NCBI GenBank assembly: GCA_951406725.2 | Contig: OX597820.1 | Location: 121,954,001-122,018,000 of the forward strand | Source of the DNA: Octopus vulgaris | Taxonomy: Eukaryota | Direction of reading: 5' to 3' | DNA: 64,000 nucleotides | Shown here: positions 39,268 through 53,189 of the stretch, in pieces | How the letters are laid out: every line of letters starts with the position of its first letter | Position numbering within the stretch: the first letter of the stretch is position 1 | Program-made: the position numbers and the translations under genes | The notes under the pieces: generated by a model | Databases searched by the model: none | The model's input: the letters and a program-made list of their open reading frames with translations, nothing else | Told to the model about the DNA's origin: nothing

Positions 39268-39679
39268 ATATATATATATGTATGTATATGTATGTATATG
39301 TATATATGTATGTGTATGTATATATGTATGTATATGTATGTGTATATATGTATGTATGTATATATATGTATGTATATGTATGTATATGTATATATGTATG
39401 TGTATGTATATATGTATGTATATGTATGTGTATATATGTATGTATGTATATATATATATGTGTGTATATATATATGTATATATGTGTGTATATATATATG
39501 TATATACGTATGTATATATATATATGTATATACGTATGTATATAAATGTATATATATACGTATGTATATAAATGTATATCTTATATCTGTATGTACATAT
39601 ATATATATATATATATATCTGTATATATATTTAAGTGCGTGTGTATATATATCTGTATATATATATATATATATATGCG

Positions 39680-39719
<40 letters not shown>
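38487..39719. repeat. 1.2-kb (TA)n/(TATG)n compound microsatellite
   Basis: Direct reading. Confidence 0.95.
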
Positions 39720-39723
<4 letters not shown>

Positions 39724-40029
39724 TCGCAAGCTAATATGGCAGTCCATAAGTACAGGACGAAAGCTGCCGTTGATTAGCTCCAAGAGGCCATCGCCTCTAG
39801 CTAGCTATATAACACACAAACCTGTGTCCATTATAACCTTCGAACAGGGGAGGACAGCCGCTTCCCCTTGCTGGTCAGGCATCTGCAGACATGTTTCAGG
39901 GTATTTGCCCTTTATCGATGCACAGTAGCCGAACCCAGCAGGCGTCGCTACTAACCGTCTGTTCGAAGGATTATTTACCTAAATTCCGTCCTATATTTAT
40001 GAACTGCCATATTAGCATGGCGATAACTA
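39718..40029 (-). mobile_element. Fold-back element (~45-nt inverted ends) containing a relic hammerhead fold
   Basis: 39718-39762 is approximately the reverse complement of 39984-40029. Minus strand 39884-39922 reads TGCA tcgataa AGGG caaata CCCT GAAA CATG TC TGCA. Confidence 0.6.
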
Positions 40030-40104
40030 TTAATATCCAATACTGCTGCCTTAGTCTCCGTTATAGAGACTTAGAAATAATGATATTTCTATTATGAAAA
40101 CCAG

Positions 40105-40580
40105 TGGATGTATTCTGCCACAGAAATGCAATATCGACTTTCGTCAGGGAAGACTACAGTCCTCCACTGCTGATATTACCAGTTCTGACGTTTTTGAGCT
40201 CACTGCAAATGTGCCCGTCGATTACGATCAGTGAGGATAGGGCCCTTAGCCGGGCATCGACAAAATAGATTGAAAGACCTCAGCCGTCGCCGAACTGACT
40301 CAGCACATATCTGTCTGTGGTGAGTTCCTATGGTCTGCCTAGCTGATTCCATTGCCTTCCGGAATCGATCCTGCAAGTGCTGTCGGTGAAGGTGGCGATC
40401 TTGACGTGCTGTTATGACCCTCGGTCGGCCACTGCGTCTCAGATCATCCGTGCTGTTTGTGGTATTGTATCGTTCCCTCAGCCGATCAATTGTTCGAATA
40501 CTGCAGTTCAAGTCATTAGCAACGACCCACGGAGGTTAACCAACATGGAGACGATTGATGGCTGGCTTCCTCTCATTTCG
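40105..40580 (-). pseudogene. Tc1-like transposase N-terminal remnant
   Basis: ORF 40200..40511 has RSGRPRVITARQDR...SVRRRLR; continues past stops to WRTVVFPDES (first catalytic D). Confidence 0.85.
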
Positions 40581-41267
40581 TGCCTGTCTTAACATGCTTG
40601 TTGCGTTCGGGAAACGAATGACAGGCCGGTAAATTTGGGTGCCTTTTATACCCAATGAGTCAACGTTTTGTACGTGTATCATGCTTTTCGTAACGATGCG
40701 TTCACGTGTATTACCATGTTCACGAAATGTGAGCGAGTTCGAACCCTACTTGAAATCTTTGCGTTTTCAAAAGGGATTGGTGTTGTTGGTCAGCGACATC
40801 TTCCTGATGTCAAATTACCTGGAAAAGTGATAAAATCCACGTAATCTTGATATCGTCAGTGAAACAATCTTTTACTGTGCGACGTTTCTTTTGTGGTTGA
40901 AAGAGAGAGAGAGAGAGAGAGAGAGATGACTGTGTCTGTGTAGTGTTTTGAGTGTAAATGTGTAAGTGTATTTGTGTAGGTCGACATGAGAGAAGAAAAC
41001 TAAAATCATGGCGAATCTCAACTCCAAAGTATTTGAAGTTTTGTGTGTGGAAGGGGAGTCTCTTTTTCCTCATATCCAACCTGGAGAGCCTATAAGGTCA
41101 AAACATTACAATATTTGTATTGACAAAACATCTGTTATCAAAAAACATAAAATGCCAAAGGTGGTACTTTCTTCACCACATCTCTCTTTCCCCCCACCCT
41201 CTCTCACACGCACATATCTATATATGTATGTGTGTATGTCAATATCTATGTATAAGTGTGCATGTAT

Positions 41268-41725
41268 ACATACATATATGCACACATATATACATATACA
41301 AACATATATGAATATATAAATGTATGTATACATATATGTACACATATATACATATACAAACATATATATGAATATATAAATGTATGTATACATATATGCA
41401 CACATATATACATATACAAACATATATATGAATATATAAATGTATGTATACATACATATATGTACACATATATACATATACAAACATATATATGAATATA
41501 TAAATGTATGTATACATACATATATGTACACATATATACATATACAAACATATATATGAATATATAAGTGGGTATGCATACATATATGTACACATATATA
41601 CATATACAAACATATATATGAATATATAAGTGGGTATGCATACATACATATATGTACACATATATACATATACAAACATATATATGAATATATAAATATA
41701 CATACACATACATATATGCACACGT
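41268..41725. repeat. Minisatellite of ~58-62-nt units built from TA/CA microsatellite
   Basis: About 7 copies of catatatgtacacatatatacatatacaaacatatatatgaatatataaatgtatgtata. Confidence 0.9.
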
Positions 41726-42559
41726 ATATACATTGTGTTTCGTACTTAAGACCCTATTTAAAACATGAAGTATATTGTTAAAACTAGACAATTTTTAGGA
41801 CGAAATCTCTGTTGCTATGTCTGTACTTATATTTATTGTCGCAGCCGTTATTTCAGAACAGATCTTTTTTCTTTAATTTCTTGTAGATTTTGGTTAACGT
41901 TAGCTGTTTTTGTTGTTGTTGTTGTTGTTGTTGTAGTCGTCGCCATCGTCCCTGAGTTTATTCAGATTTTTCCTGTTGGAAGTCTTTATATCGATCCATT
42001 TTCAACGACTTTTGATTATGCATTCACGCATGCATACATGAATGAATGCATGCATACATACATGCGTGAGTGGGTAGGTGTATACACACACACCTACATA
42101 TTAACCATGTCATACGCAGCTATAAATGCTGCCATTTTTCTCGACCAATAGGTAAGCCAGTACGTAATTCCACAGTAAAAAGATGTTTATCAATTTGTAT
42201 TCAATTCTCAGCTAAGACAGCCGTCACAATACTTACATTAATTCGCTTGTGAAAAAATTTTACGTTCTTTCATTTTTTTTTTTCTCTCTCTAACATCTTT
42301 CTTAATGGTTTTACTTTCAGACGTTGTTGTTGTTATTATTATTGTTTAGTCGCAGGTCACCTTGATCGGACAGGGATATCATCAAAAGATATTCCAGGCG
42401 AAACCATTCTGTCTTGTTTTTATTGTTTTTTTAAATATTTTTTTGTTTTTTTTATTTGTTTTTGTTCAGAACTGGTGTTTATGAGATTACATTGTGCCAT
42501 TCTTTTCACGACGATACGCAATGACATGAAGCAGAATCGCCAGTTATTTCTACAAGATT

Positions 42560-43650
42560 CAGTAGCGACTGCTTAAAATGTCAACCTCCTTTCTGTTACC
42601 CTTCATTAAAATCTGTTTTAATCAGGTTTCTTTGTCTGATTTATGGCTCGAAACTAAGTTCTTTCTGCTTTCTCATCTGCAAGCGAAGACAGAAGGTCCT
42701 ATTTTCATTGAGCCATTGCTGCAGCGATTAGATACTTCGGGGCATGGGAGTGACATGTTGCTCAAAATCACGGGTGGACCAAATCTGGGCGATGTCTTTA
42801 ACATTAGAAGAGTATTAGACTTTTGCACACCAAACGGAACGAGTCAGTTGGGTATCTGAAGGGACAACTGTGATTTATGAGGATAGAGCGAAGATTTAAT
42901 GAGCCACTCGGGTTTGATTCGGACCAAACCGCCGGTTACGTAGGAGCTGAGAAGAGGTCGCAAGCATGATGCTCTGTCTCATTTGGAAACAAATAAAGAG
43001 GAAGTTGTCACTGAAAGGTTAGGCAGACGTGGTTAATACTTCACCGCCTCGGTGGTGTTCCGCTGATTGCCTTGATTCAAAAGTCCTCAAACAGATTCCA
43101 ACTCATGGGTTTTCGTTTGTAATGGAAGCGACAAGTTCCGCTGGTCAGGAAATTCATCTGCCGCTGACAGCCACTTCAGGATGCCGTCGCTAAGGACGCA
43201 CAGTCACACGCTGAAGCTAAAGCAACTGCAAAGATATCCGACTACTTTCACTGTGACAGCGCTGACAACATAAAACGAAGGAGAATTGATGAGACGTTTT
43301 AATGCAAATCGTGCCTTGGACCCAGGAAGAATATTGGGTCAGGCGTAGACAGAGGATGAGAACCTGGCACTAGAATGTTGCCAGACACTAACAGTACCGT
43401 ACCAGCTAGACAATGACATCGACGGGCAAACCACACTTTTATAGAAGTTTAATGCGGGAAATGAGCGACGGTTGCCTCTCAGCAATTTTGGGTGTCGACG
43501 AGGACAGTCTGGGCAGTTTTTCCTATCAGAGATTATGAACAACTTCGAAAAGTAATTGTAACGGCAGTGTTACAAGGGGATGGGCACTATCTGTACAAGA
43601 CAAGTTCTACAATCAACCTTTCCCGAGAGCCTCACACAGTAATAGAACCG
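42560..43650 (+). pseudogene. Decayed L1/Tx1-like LINE ORF2 remnant
   Basis: Fragments IFIEPLLQRL, KRKLSLKG*ADVVNT and HTLKLKQL resemble Tx1 RT and post-RT regions; heavily disrupted. Confidence 0.45.
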
Positions 43651-44324
43651 TCCTGTATTACCGATTTGTGTTGAAAAGCCCTTGTTATAAGTTTAGTGAA
43701 TCCATTTCTCAGCAGAATCTGTAGTGGAATCTGATGATCCTTCTTCAGATGACGAGGACGGTGGCTAATGTTCCTCTGCTTTAGGGCTATGGCAAAATAA
43801 GTAGTGGAAAAGTCTGAAAGATTTAAAGACAGGCATTTTTCTCTCGGGACCAAACTCTCATTAACTTCTCCAAGTACTACCTTCTGCTGTTTTTAAGGAA
43901 ATGTGAGAGTGGCAAGACTGGAACGCTGAATGGACCTACATTGAATGATTTTTTTGTTGCTTTTTTTTAGTAGGAGGAAAACAAAACACTTGACTTCTTG
44001 AAGGTGACAAAGTAATCTGGGTTTTGTGAAGGATTTCTCTTCCCTTTGAGCGATATTTTTTTGTTATTGTTTTTAAAATTCTTCATTGTTTTGTCTTTTG
44101 CTTTTGTTGAAGACTAACACGATGTCTGAACCTACTTTGCTTTGTCTATTTATCGTCTGCGTTGGAATGGAATCTTGCAGCAATTGGAAGAAATCATTAT
44201 AGTGTTGAATAAAATACCTTGCGGTGTTTCTTTCATCCCTTTATGTCCTGAGTTCAATTCTGACCGATGTTAAAACTATCTCTAAGACGAATTCATTAAT
44301 TAACCGTATATTGCTTTCAAATTT

Positions 44325-44530
44325 TGCCCCAAGCCCAGCAGCTTCGTCATGTTGGGGGAAGTTGATTGCATCAACTCCTATGCTTAACTAGCACTTGATC
44401 TATTGACCCCGATAGGAAGAAAGGCATAGCTGACCTCGACAGAATTTGAACTCAGAACCTAAGGACGGATGAAATGCTGCTAATCATTTTCCCCCAGCGC
44501 GGTAACGATTCTGCCAACCCGCCGCCTCAA
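44325..44530 (-). mobile_element. Degenerate SINE family B
   Basis: Minus strand gaggcggcgggttggcagaatcgtta...gttctgagttcaaattc...tcggggtcaata. Confidence 0.65.
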
Positions 44531-46831
44531 ATAACCTTATATTAACAAGTCTGAGATCCAAGCCACGATTATTTCGTCTTATTTTATCAATCCTCAACCC
44601 TGACAGCATTATCTAAATGGCGCGAAAAAAAACGATAGTTCCAGCCACATTATTCAATGGTTCCTTCCTTGTCTTTCTTCCTTTCCTCTTCCCTGTTATT
44701 TTCACCAAATTACTTGAGGAGCCAATAACAAAGTCTGGCAATAATTCGGGTATCATATGGTGCCAGACGCTAAAGCAAATTTATATGAAAGAATCTAAAC
44801 AGTCAGTGTCCCTCTACGAGTTTGATTTTTGTTGCTGTTATTTTTGCCATTGCTGTTGTTGTTGTTGTTGATGATGGTGATGATGATTATGATGATGATG
44901 ACAGCGGTCTTTATAATGGACTTGGTGTTGGTGATGATGACGCTGTTGTCGTCAATATTTATATCAGCGATGTTACTATTTGATAAGAGATATCATTTAG
45001 TCTCTGCCCGGAGATATTATTGATATTTTTGACATTGACGCAATTCCAAAGAGATGCCAGAGATTAGACGATGAAGAAGACCCATCAGATGGCGCAGACT
45101 TCGTTTGTTAAACTCAGGAAGATGAACGGCAAAGTTGAAAGATTTAAAGTCTCAAAATAAATAAATGTCTCTAAATAGCGCAAGGAATATTGTTCTACCA
45201 TTTCTGCACTCACATTGTCATGGCGACAAATATTTTTAATCCTTTCTTTTTGCGAGATATTGGTGAGCCTATGAGGAAGGCACTAAGGGAGAAATGAATC
45301 CGATCCACCAGAAATAGCAGCAAAATCTACCTCAAATAACAAATTAGCGCTTTAAAAACAAAAACGGTGTATATCGTAATTTTGATTTCTCTGCTCAGAA
45401 GGAAAAGACAGATGGTCACGGTTAGAATACTTATGATCGTAGGTCTACTCGAATGACTTGACCTGGGGTTAAACGAGAACAACAACATATTAGCTAGAGA
45501 GAGGGGTTTATTTTCATTTTTACTTCCTATTTCCGGGTGCGATACCACTTGATGGTGCAATCATATGATGCTATGGCCTGTAATTGAAAACTTCTGCGTC
45601 CACTCAATTTTCCCTAGAAGTTATGGGCCAATATTTGCCTAAAATATCGCGTAGTGGGATCGAGCCAAAGATCTCGTGGTTGTGAAATGGACATTTTAAC
45701 CATTCGGTCGTACTGCATTTACTAAAGAATAGGAATGTAAACGAAAATGCCGACATCTTTGTCCTTCTACATTCCATTCTCACAGCTATTTGTTTAGACC
45801 ACCAGACTTTTAACTGGAGCATTGTCTGTGACTCAGTCGATAGTCCGTATCAATTCAAGATATTCCATGACTGTTGTCTTAAAAAATATTTTTTGTTGAT
45901 GATAGAAGCGACGTTTGCTATGGATTCCATTTGTACAGAAATATTCATTCCGAAAAACTTCATTATAACGTGGGTTGTCTAAGTTGCTTTCTTGACCCTT
46001 GTCTGACAAAATGAATATGGCGCACATTTAACAAGCAGCGTTATACAATCATATTGTTACCATGAAGTGTTGAAACGATCGTAATGAAGAATTGAATATA
46101 AAACCATCGCCTCTATTCTTGGACTTACTGTATTATATATTCTGCGATTAATAAATTATACCCGGCATTTCAGTTTGTAATCTATTATATCTCTGTATAC
46201 ATACACATGTGTGTGTGTGGTGTGGGGGGGGGAGTGGCTGCTGATAAATCAGAGCATCAACAAGAAAAAATAGCTTGCGCTATTATCTAGTACAAGTTGT
46301 CTCTTGACGCCGAAAGGAGTTTTAGCAATTCGATAAATGCTAATCGATAAAATATGTTCCAGACAAAGTTTTAGGATCGATATTGTCGACAAAAAAAATC
46401 AACTGATTGGAGGAGGGTGAAGGAAGTCTGTAGAAGAAATAATGGCAGAACAAAACCGAATCTCTTTCGAGAAGAGATTATCGCAAAGACGAGATTTGTA
46501 GGTGTTAAGTGGCTTTGTTGGAGTCGAAGGTTTTGTAAGCCTCCTCCGCCTCCACTACCATCACCACCACCACTTCCTCCTTCCCATCCCGCTCCTCCTC
46601 CCCATCCCGCTCCTCCTTTCCCAGATCTATTATAATTTGTGGTTGCTTTGATTTTTGTTATGTCTTTTATTTCTAGGAATGTTTGCAAATTTTCTTCCTT
46701 TTTAAAACAGGATATTTGAGTGCTATTTCTAGCAGGTCGAATGATTACGTCGAGGTTGCCTCGTTGGATGCAACATTTAATAAGAGATAACCGATAGCCT
46801 GGCAGAGTAGAGTTAGTTGCTCGTACAAAGA

Positions 46832-46876
<45 letters not shown>

Positions 46877-47714
46877 TCTGGGAGAAGGCCATAAAATAAA
46901 ATAAATAGATAAAACAGATGAGGAGATAAGAGGAGAGAGGGGAGAGAAAAAAAATCGCGCGAAATTTCTCGAGCATCTCTCTCGTTATCTTTAAATAGAT
47001 TTACTGCAGGCCCTCGAGGGAATTTGAAAATATACGCCTCAGGTCATCGTCAGCGTGTGAAGGATGGTTGTGGTAACAGTGATGAGGGTGATGATGATGA
47101 TGACGACGACGATGTTTTAGAAGAGTAGATGACGGAAACGACGATGACGATGATGTCAAATAATGATAACGAGGCTGCTGTTGCTGCTACTGTCGATGCT
47201 GTTGATGATGATGACGGTGATGATAATGATGACGACAACGACGAAGGTGTCGATGATTGTGACGGTAATGGCGGTGGTGGTGGTGGCATCGGAGATCATA
47301 ATTACAATGATATTAATGAGGATAACGATGACGTCAGCTTCTCACGGTAAGAGGCTCGAGAAGGCGACGTCACAAACTCCTCTTTTATTGCTTTTGTCTT
47401 TTTTTTTTTTTGTTACTGTAATCTGGTCAATCGTCACCACCACAACCGCCATCAGCTCCACCAAGGAAAACAACAACAACACAATTCGAACCACAGCTCT
47501 AACATTCGAAACAATGTTATTTTGTGGTTGGACTTTATTCTCTTGTTTGCCGCCACCGCCTCTGCCCCAAGGCCATTGAAACAATAGAAGAGAATTCTTG
47601 TAAAAAAACACACAGCATCTTAGACACTTAAACATGCACCTACCGTTCACACTGCTGAAGATCACAACAGTCTACCCGGATATATCTGTGAAACTGTTAT
47701 GAATTTAATGATGT

Positions 47715-47790
<76 letters not shown>

Positions 47791-48607
47791 GTACGTTGCC
47801 TGTGTGAAAAAGAAGATTGTTTTGCAATTGTGCTTTTAGATTCAGTCTGAAGGCGAACCCATCGAACGAGTGTGTTCAACCAACGTCTTGGTTCCACCGA
47901 AGACTTGGTCGATCGGAACTATTCATCGCTTGTAGACTTAATTCTGTCAGCACCGTTTTATCATGCGTACTTTTGGCAGATCGGTTCCTGTTGTAACCAT
48001 TCGAACAGAACCAGAGTCTAACATTATTCCATTGTCTTTGGTTCCCACCCATTTCAGGAGCCAATATATTTTGTCACACCCGTCCACCAGTTTCTGAGAA
48101 ATAATACATCAGTATTGTCCTTCATTATATGTATGTGTGTGCGCATCCACACACTCACTCACGCACGCACTCACTCACTCACTCACTCACTCACTCACTC
48201 ACGCACGCACGCACGCACTCACTCACTCACTCACTCACTCACTCACTCACGCACTCACTCACTCACGCGCGCACACACTCACTCACTCACGCGCGCACAC
48301 ACTCACTCACTCACGCGCGCACACACTCACGCACACACGCGTGCGCACACAAACACATACAAGCTTCACATCTGCTGAAGGTCTTTACTGACGACCCAGG
48401 TGTTTTGTAAGTTAGTCAAAATAAAATGGCGTGCTTAGCTGGTTTCAATGTCGTGAAATCGTTGCGGTGGATTTTTCAGCTTAAAAATTTTGAAATCAAT
48501 ATATTCAAGAAAAATATGGGCAGAGTAAAATCTAGTAGGAAGAATTTGACGAAGCTCTTAGAGCTGGGTACTAAAGTTTTAAGCAGATGGAAGAAGGGAT
48601 ACTGGTA

Positions 48608-49148
48608 AGTCACGTGAAATATAAAGTGGGTCTGCTAGTCATTGGTTACTCTAGGTTACACTGTGTTACACTGTGATAGTCACGTGAATATAAAGTGGGT
48701 CTTTGAACCATTGGTTACACTGTTACACTGTGTTACACTGTGATAGTCACGTGAATATAAAGTGGGTCTGTGAGCCATTGGCTACTCTAGGTTACACTGT
48801 GTTACACTGTGGTAGTCACGTGAATATAAAGTGGGTCTGTGAACCATTGGTTACACTGTTACACTGTGTTACACTGTGATAGTCACGTGAATATAAAGTG
48901 GGTCTGTGAGCCATTGGCTACTCTAGGTTACACTGTGTTACACTGTGATAGTCACGTGAATATAAAGTGGGTCTGTGAGCCATTGGCTACTCTAGGTTAC
49001 ACTGTGTTACACTGTGATAGTCACGTGAATATAAAGTGGGTCTGTGAGCCATTGGTTACACTATGTTACACTGTGAAAATCACGTGAATATAAAGTGGGT
49101 CTGTGAGCCATTGGTTACACTATGTTACACTATGTTACACTGTGATAG
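48608..49148. repeat. Minisatellite, ~8 units of about 58-70 nt
   Basis: Consensus agtcacgtgaatataaagtgggtctgtgagccattggctactctaggttacactgtgttacactgtgat, with two alternating variants. Confidence 0.95.
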
Positions 49149-49810
49149 TTTTGCAGTGTTACAGAGTGACGATGATAAATCTCCAAGAATTTGTCTTTTT
49201 CTGAAACAGCTTGTGTGTCGAAGCATCATTTTCGCATAGATGTGGCCAGCATTACGATATACATAATTTTTATTGAGAGTATTCGTAGCTAAGATTTATG
49301 CAAAGCGATCAATTGATCAAGGATGAAGTACTAATCTATGTGAAGTCTCATCCGAAATTGTAAGACACATATCACTCAAATGGTGAGTGATGCTTTAATC
49401 TGCTCTCTTGTAGATTCTGCATTTGCCGACTGTTTTTGTTGATCTTTGCGTTTACCGAACTCGTCTTAATGACTTGTTCCTGAGAGGCTGTAATTAGCTT
49501 TTTGGTCTCTCGTTTCTGGTTTCCAGCCGCCAGACATGGTCAACGATCGTTACTTGCATCATCCCCGTTTTGTTGTATGGATTAACCATGCAATTCAATT
49601 TCTTTCCATCTGCATGCTTTGTTGTTCTTCCATCTAATGTTATTATTATTAGTACTATTTTGGTTTGGCTCAGGTTCGGTCTTATTCCTGGTAGGAATTA
49701 TATGGATGGCGTGTTATTATCTATAACCTTAGGTATCCACAAGTTTCCGGCAATTATTAATCTTCTTCTCATCATTATTATTATTATTATTATTATTGTT
49801 ATTATTATTG

Positions 49811-50092
49811 TTCTACTTTTCAGAGCGCTCGGTCTTGTTTGCTCTGGTAAATTCTGTGAGACCTCTAACAGTAGCCTGCTGGTAGAGGTCTCAAAGGGTC
49901 TCTTTCCACACATTATAAGCTTTGATACTTGGTTGTTAATTATCGTGAGAAATATTCAAGTACCAACCTCAAAATCCTACCTGTACACAGCAGAGCAGTT
50001 TTTGGGGCCTGCTCTGCTCTCATATCAATTCTTATTTCTCTGACACATTTCTCGAACTTGGTTGTCAGTGCTCCCAGTGCCCCTATTATCAT
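49811..50092 (-). mobile_element. Dong/R4-like LINE extreme 3' end (subfamily 2)
   Basis: IIGALGALTTKFEKCVREIRIDMRAEQAPKTALLCTGRILRLVLEY; (TAA)n tail at 49773-49810. Confidence 0.8.
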
Positions 50093-50111
50093 CATCATTA
50101 TTATTATTATT

Positions 50112-50968
50112 GTCTTTACACAGCTTCTAACGCTGGAGATGTACTACGGTATCAACAGTTCACTACCAGTGAACTAAGGTAACACCTCTTATTTTTCGAG
50201 CACCTTCTGGAGTATTCTAGAGGTTCTAAGCAGTGCTATCTTCTGCAAGATTTTTGCCCTCTGTTCCCAGGGCTCCGACATTTATTGGTACTACTGCTAC
50301 CTTTTTCATCAACCACAACTCCTTAACATCCCAAGCTAACCTGTCATATCTATCGACATTTCTTTCGTCCTTATCGCATAACTGGGCATGCTATATCTAT
50401 GATCCAGCATAGTTTGTTTTCTTTCTCAATTAAGACTATGTCTGGCTTCCTATTCTCTATCTCACGGTCGCACTGAATCATAAAATCCCACAGGATCTTT
50501 GCATTATCATTTTCGATGGTGCCTTCGGGTTTGTTGTCCTACCAACTTTTTGCTCTGTCAAGTCCATACTTGTTGCAAAGTTTCCAATGGCCAAGCCTGG
50601 CTATATTCTCGTCGCGTCTCTTATGTTCCTTCTGGGCCAGTAGCGTACATTGGCTAGTAATATGCCAAACGGTTTCACCGTTTTGTCCACAGATTCTGCA
50701 CTTACAACTTTCTGCTGTGTTGTCTATTCTGTATTTTCTGTAGTTTGTTCTTAGAGCTTGTTCTTGGGCAGCACAGAATAGATCCTCCATTTCCTGTTTT
50801 AAATCACCTTTAGTCATTCACAGCCATCTTTTTTCTCTGTCTTATCTTCAACATCTCTATAAAATTGTCCAAGCATTCCTTTCTTTGCCCACCTATTTTC
50901 AGTTTCATTCATTTTCAATTGCTTGTATATGCTTTATCTTTGCAATTGTTCATCCTACACAGGCTTGA
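50112..50968 (-). mobile_element. Dong/R4-like LINE 3' portion (same subfamily as 6195-8118)
   Basis: ORF 50539..50817 CAAQEQALRTNY...CRICGQNGETVWHITSQC; 3' UTR matches 8040-8117. Confidence 0.92.
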
Positions 50969-50999
50969 CATTATTATTATTATTATTATTAAGAGTTAA

Positions 51000-51200
51000 C
51001 TTGACAGGACAGTTGGCACGCCGGACAAAGTGCTTAGAGGCATCTGGTCCGTCTTTACGTTCGGAGTTCAAATTCCACCGAAATCGACTTTGCCTTTCAT
51101 CTTTTCGGGGTCGATAAAGTAAATACCACTTGAGCGCTGGAGTCGATGTTATCGACTTACCCCTCCCAGAATTTGCTAGCTTTGTGCCAAAATTTGAAAT
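51000..51200 (+). mobile_element. Degenerate SINE family B
   Basis: gagttcaaattcc...gactttgcctttcatcttttcggggtcgataaa. Confidence 0.7.
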
Positions 51201-51714
51201 CGTCGTCATTATCACCTCCATCATCATCATCACCGTAATAATAATTGTTATTATTATTACTGAGTGAGAGTGAGTGCATGCTATCAAAGTGACACTGGGG
51301 TAAAATATACGAAGCCCAGTATACCCATCATGACCCCGCTGTCTGATAAGGGTGCACCAGGAACATGCATCACAACCATATGTGCCCGACATAGTGATCT
51401 CGTATCCAGATAAACAGCGCATGACCTTGCAGGTAGGGACCAGTTTGAATTTTATTCAGGTTGGGTAGCTATCCCGCTCAAAAGGTTCCTGAATAAGGGT
51501 TGTTTAAGGATGTTGAACAAAACACCCATGTTTCTAAAGGTGAATTATCCAAACTCCAAAGAATTTCAGAGATGTACATATCTTCAGCCACTAAGGGATA
51601 TGCACAACTGGTTATGGTCAAACAAATGACAAGCAAATCTGCAGTATTGAGCAGAATATTTGCTGTAGCCCATCTTTTATACCAAGCCATCATCATCATC
51701 ATTATTATTATAAA

Positions 51715-51897
51715 TAAGGTGGCGAGCTGCCAGCATCGTTAACAGGCCTGGTGAAATGCTCAGCGATATTTCGCTGCTATGTTCTGAGATCAAATTCCGC
51801 TGAGGTCGACTTTGCCTTTCATCCTTTCTGGGTCGATAAATCAAGTATACTTCTCCTCTCAAATTCCAGGCCTTGTCTTATAGTAGAAAGGATTATC
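51715..51897 (+). mobile_element. Degenerate SINE family B
   Basis: ggtggcgagctg head; gaggtcgactttgcctttcatcctt domain. Confidence 0.7.
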
Positions 51898-51904
51898 ATT
51901 ATCT

Positions 51905-52860
51905 TTTTATCACGGGTTTTGTTGAAGCTCCTGGGGTCTTGCATGCGTAGCTTGCTTACTACCTGAAGCCTACGGTACCATGCTATTCGTTCTTTTCAGC
52001 TATCTTATAATTTCCTGATTATTCTGGGCGTGCCAAGGAGCCAACATTTTTGTAACAGTTCTACTGGGAACTCTATTCTGATTTCCTTTATATTCCCCGA
52101 TTCATACCTTCTGATACTGTCCCCAATGACCCAACAATTATTGGCACTATCTTCACATTCTTCATTTTCCATAACCAGACTATTTCATACTTAAGAGGGT
52201 TGTATCTATATCTACCTATCTTTTCACCTTCTTGCTTGATTTTTCGTGGGTCAAACAAAGGAGCATGCAACACCAACACTATAACATATGTGGTACACCG
52301 TGCCCACCCCCACTAGGTCCCGTCTGTTTTGCTCTAGCACCTGATCTGTTTGGATTGGGAAATCCCAGAGGATTCTGATTGTTTCCGACTCCCACACTCC
52401 CTGCGGTTTGTGCTCATACCACGTCTTGCATCTCTCTAGCCCCCACTTTTCGCACAGTTTCCAATGGAGAACTTTGGTTACCTGATAGTGTCGCCACAAC
52501 CTGTAGTGATTTGGGGCACGTCTAGGACATTCGTTCGTGATATGCACAATGATTTCATCCACCCTATTGCAGATGCGGCACAGCGTTGACACTTGCCCAT
52601 TCCTAAGGTTGACCCTAGAGCTTGGCTGCCAGTATATTACCATCGGTCTCTTTTTTTTACTGTTCTTTTCATCAGCCAATGCCACCAATTTTTCCCAGCA
52701 ACTTCTGTTGTGACTCCATGGACTCGATTGTGTAGTCCCTTCTTGTGTAATTCTTCTTCATGTCCTATTTGTACTTCTTCCTTTGTTTTCTCTTTTGAAA
52801 GAAGTATTATTTTAAAGATATCACATTTTTGTACGATTTCGAAATCGAGAGGAGTGCCCA
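51905..52860 (-). mobile_element. Dong/R4-like LINE 3' portion (subfamily 3)
   Basis: CRICNRVDEIIVHITNECP...WYEHKP...ILWDFPIQTD...KIVPIIVGSLGTVS. Confidence 0.88.
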
Positions 52861-52884
52861 TCATCATCATCATCATTATTGTTC

Positions 52885-53157
52885 AGTAGTTTTACTTTTA
52901 TAATGTGCTTTCTTTGCAATATCGAGCGCAGCTCTGTGTGCCTTGGGTATGTGTTGTGATTTGTTGTGGTGCTCTGATGGTTACTGTATGGAAAGTGTTT
53001 TGCGTAGGATGTGTGCAGTGCCCAATAGTGCAATTTTCTGTATGTTATATGTGTTTGTAAGTCCTGGTGTTTTTGTTATGTATTTGAATATTTTTTATCA
53101 TTCCTTATGCGCCTACTATGATAGGGATTGTTTCTGTTTTTAGATTCCACATTCGAG
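52885..53157 (-). mobile_element. Dong/R4-like LINE extreme 3' end (subfamily 4)
   Basis: WNLKTETIPIIVGA...IQKIALLGTAHILRKTLSIQ*. Confidence 0.85.
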
Positions 53158-53189
53158 TTATTATTATTATTGTTATTATTGTTATTATA

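Noticed and set aside
48608-49148. CRISPR-like regular repeat array
   Set aside because: Units are contiguous tandem copies without unique spacers; no cas genes; eukaryotic context.
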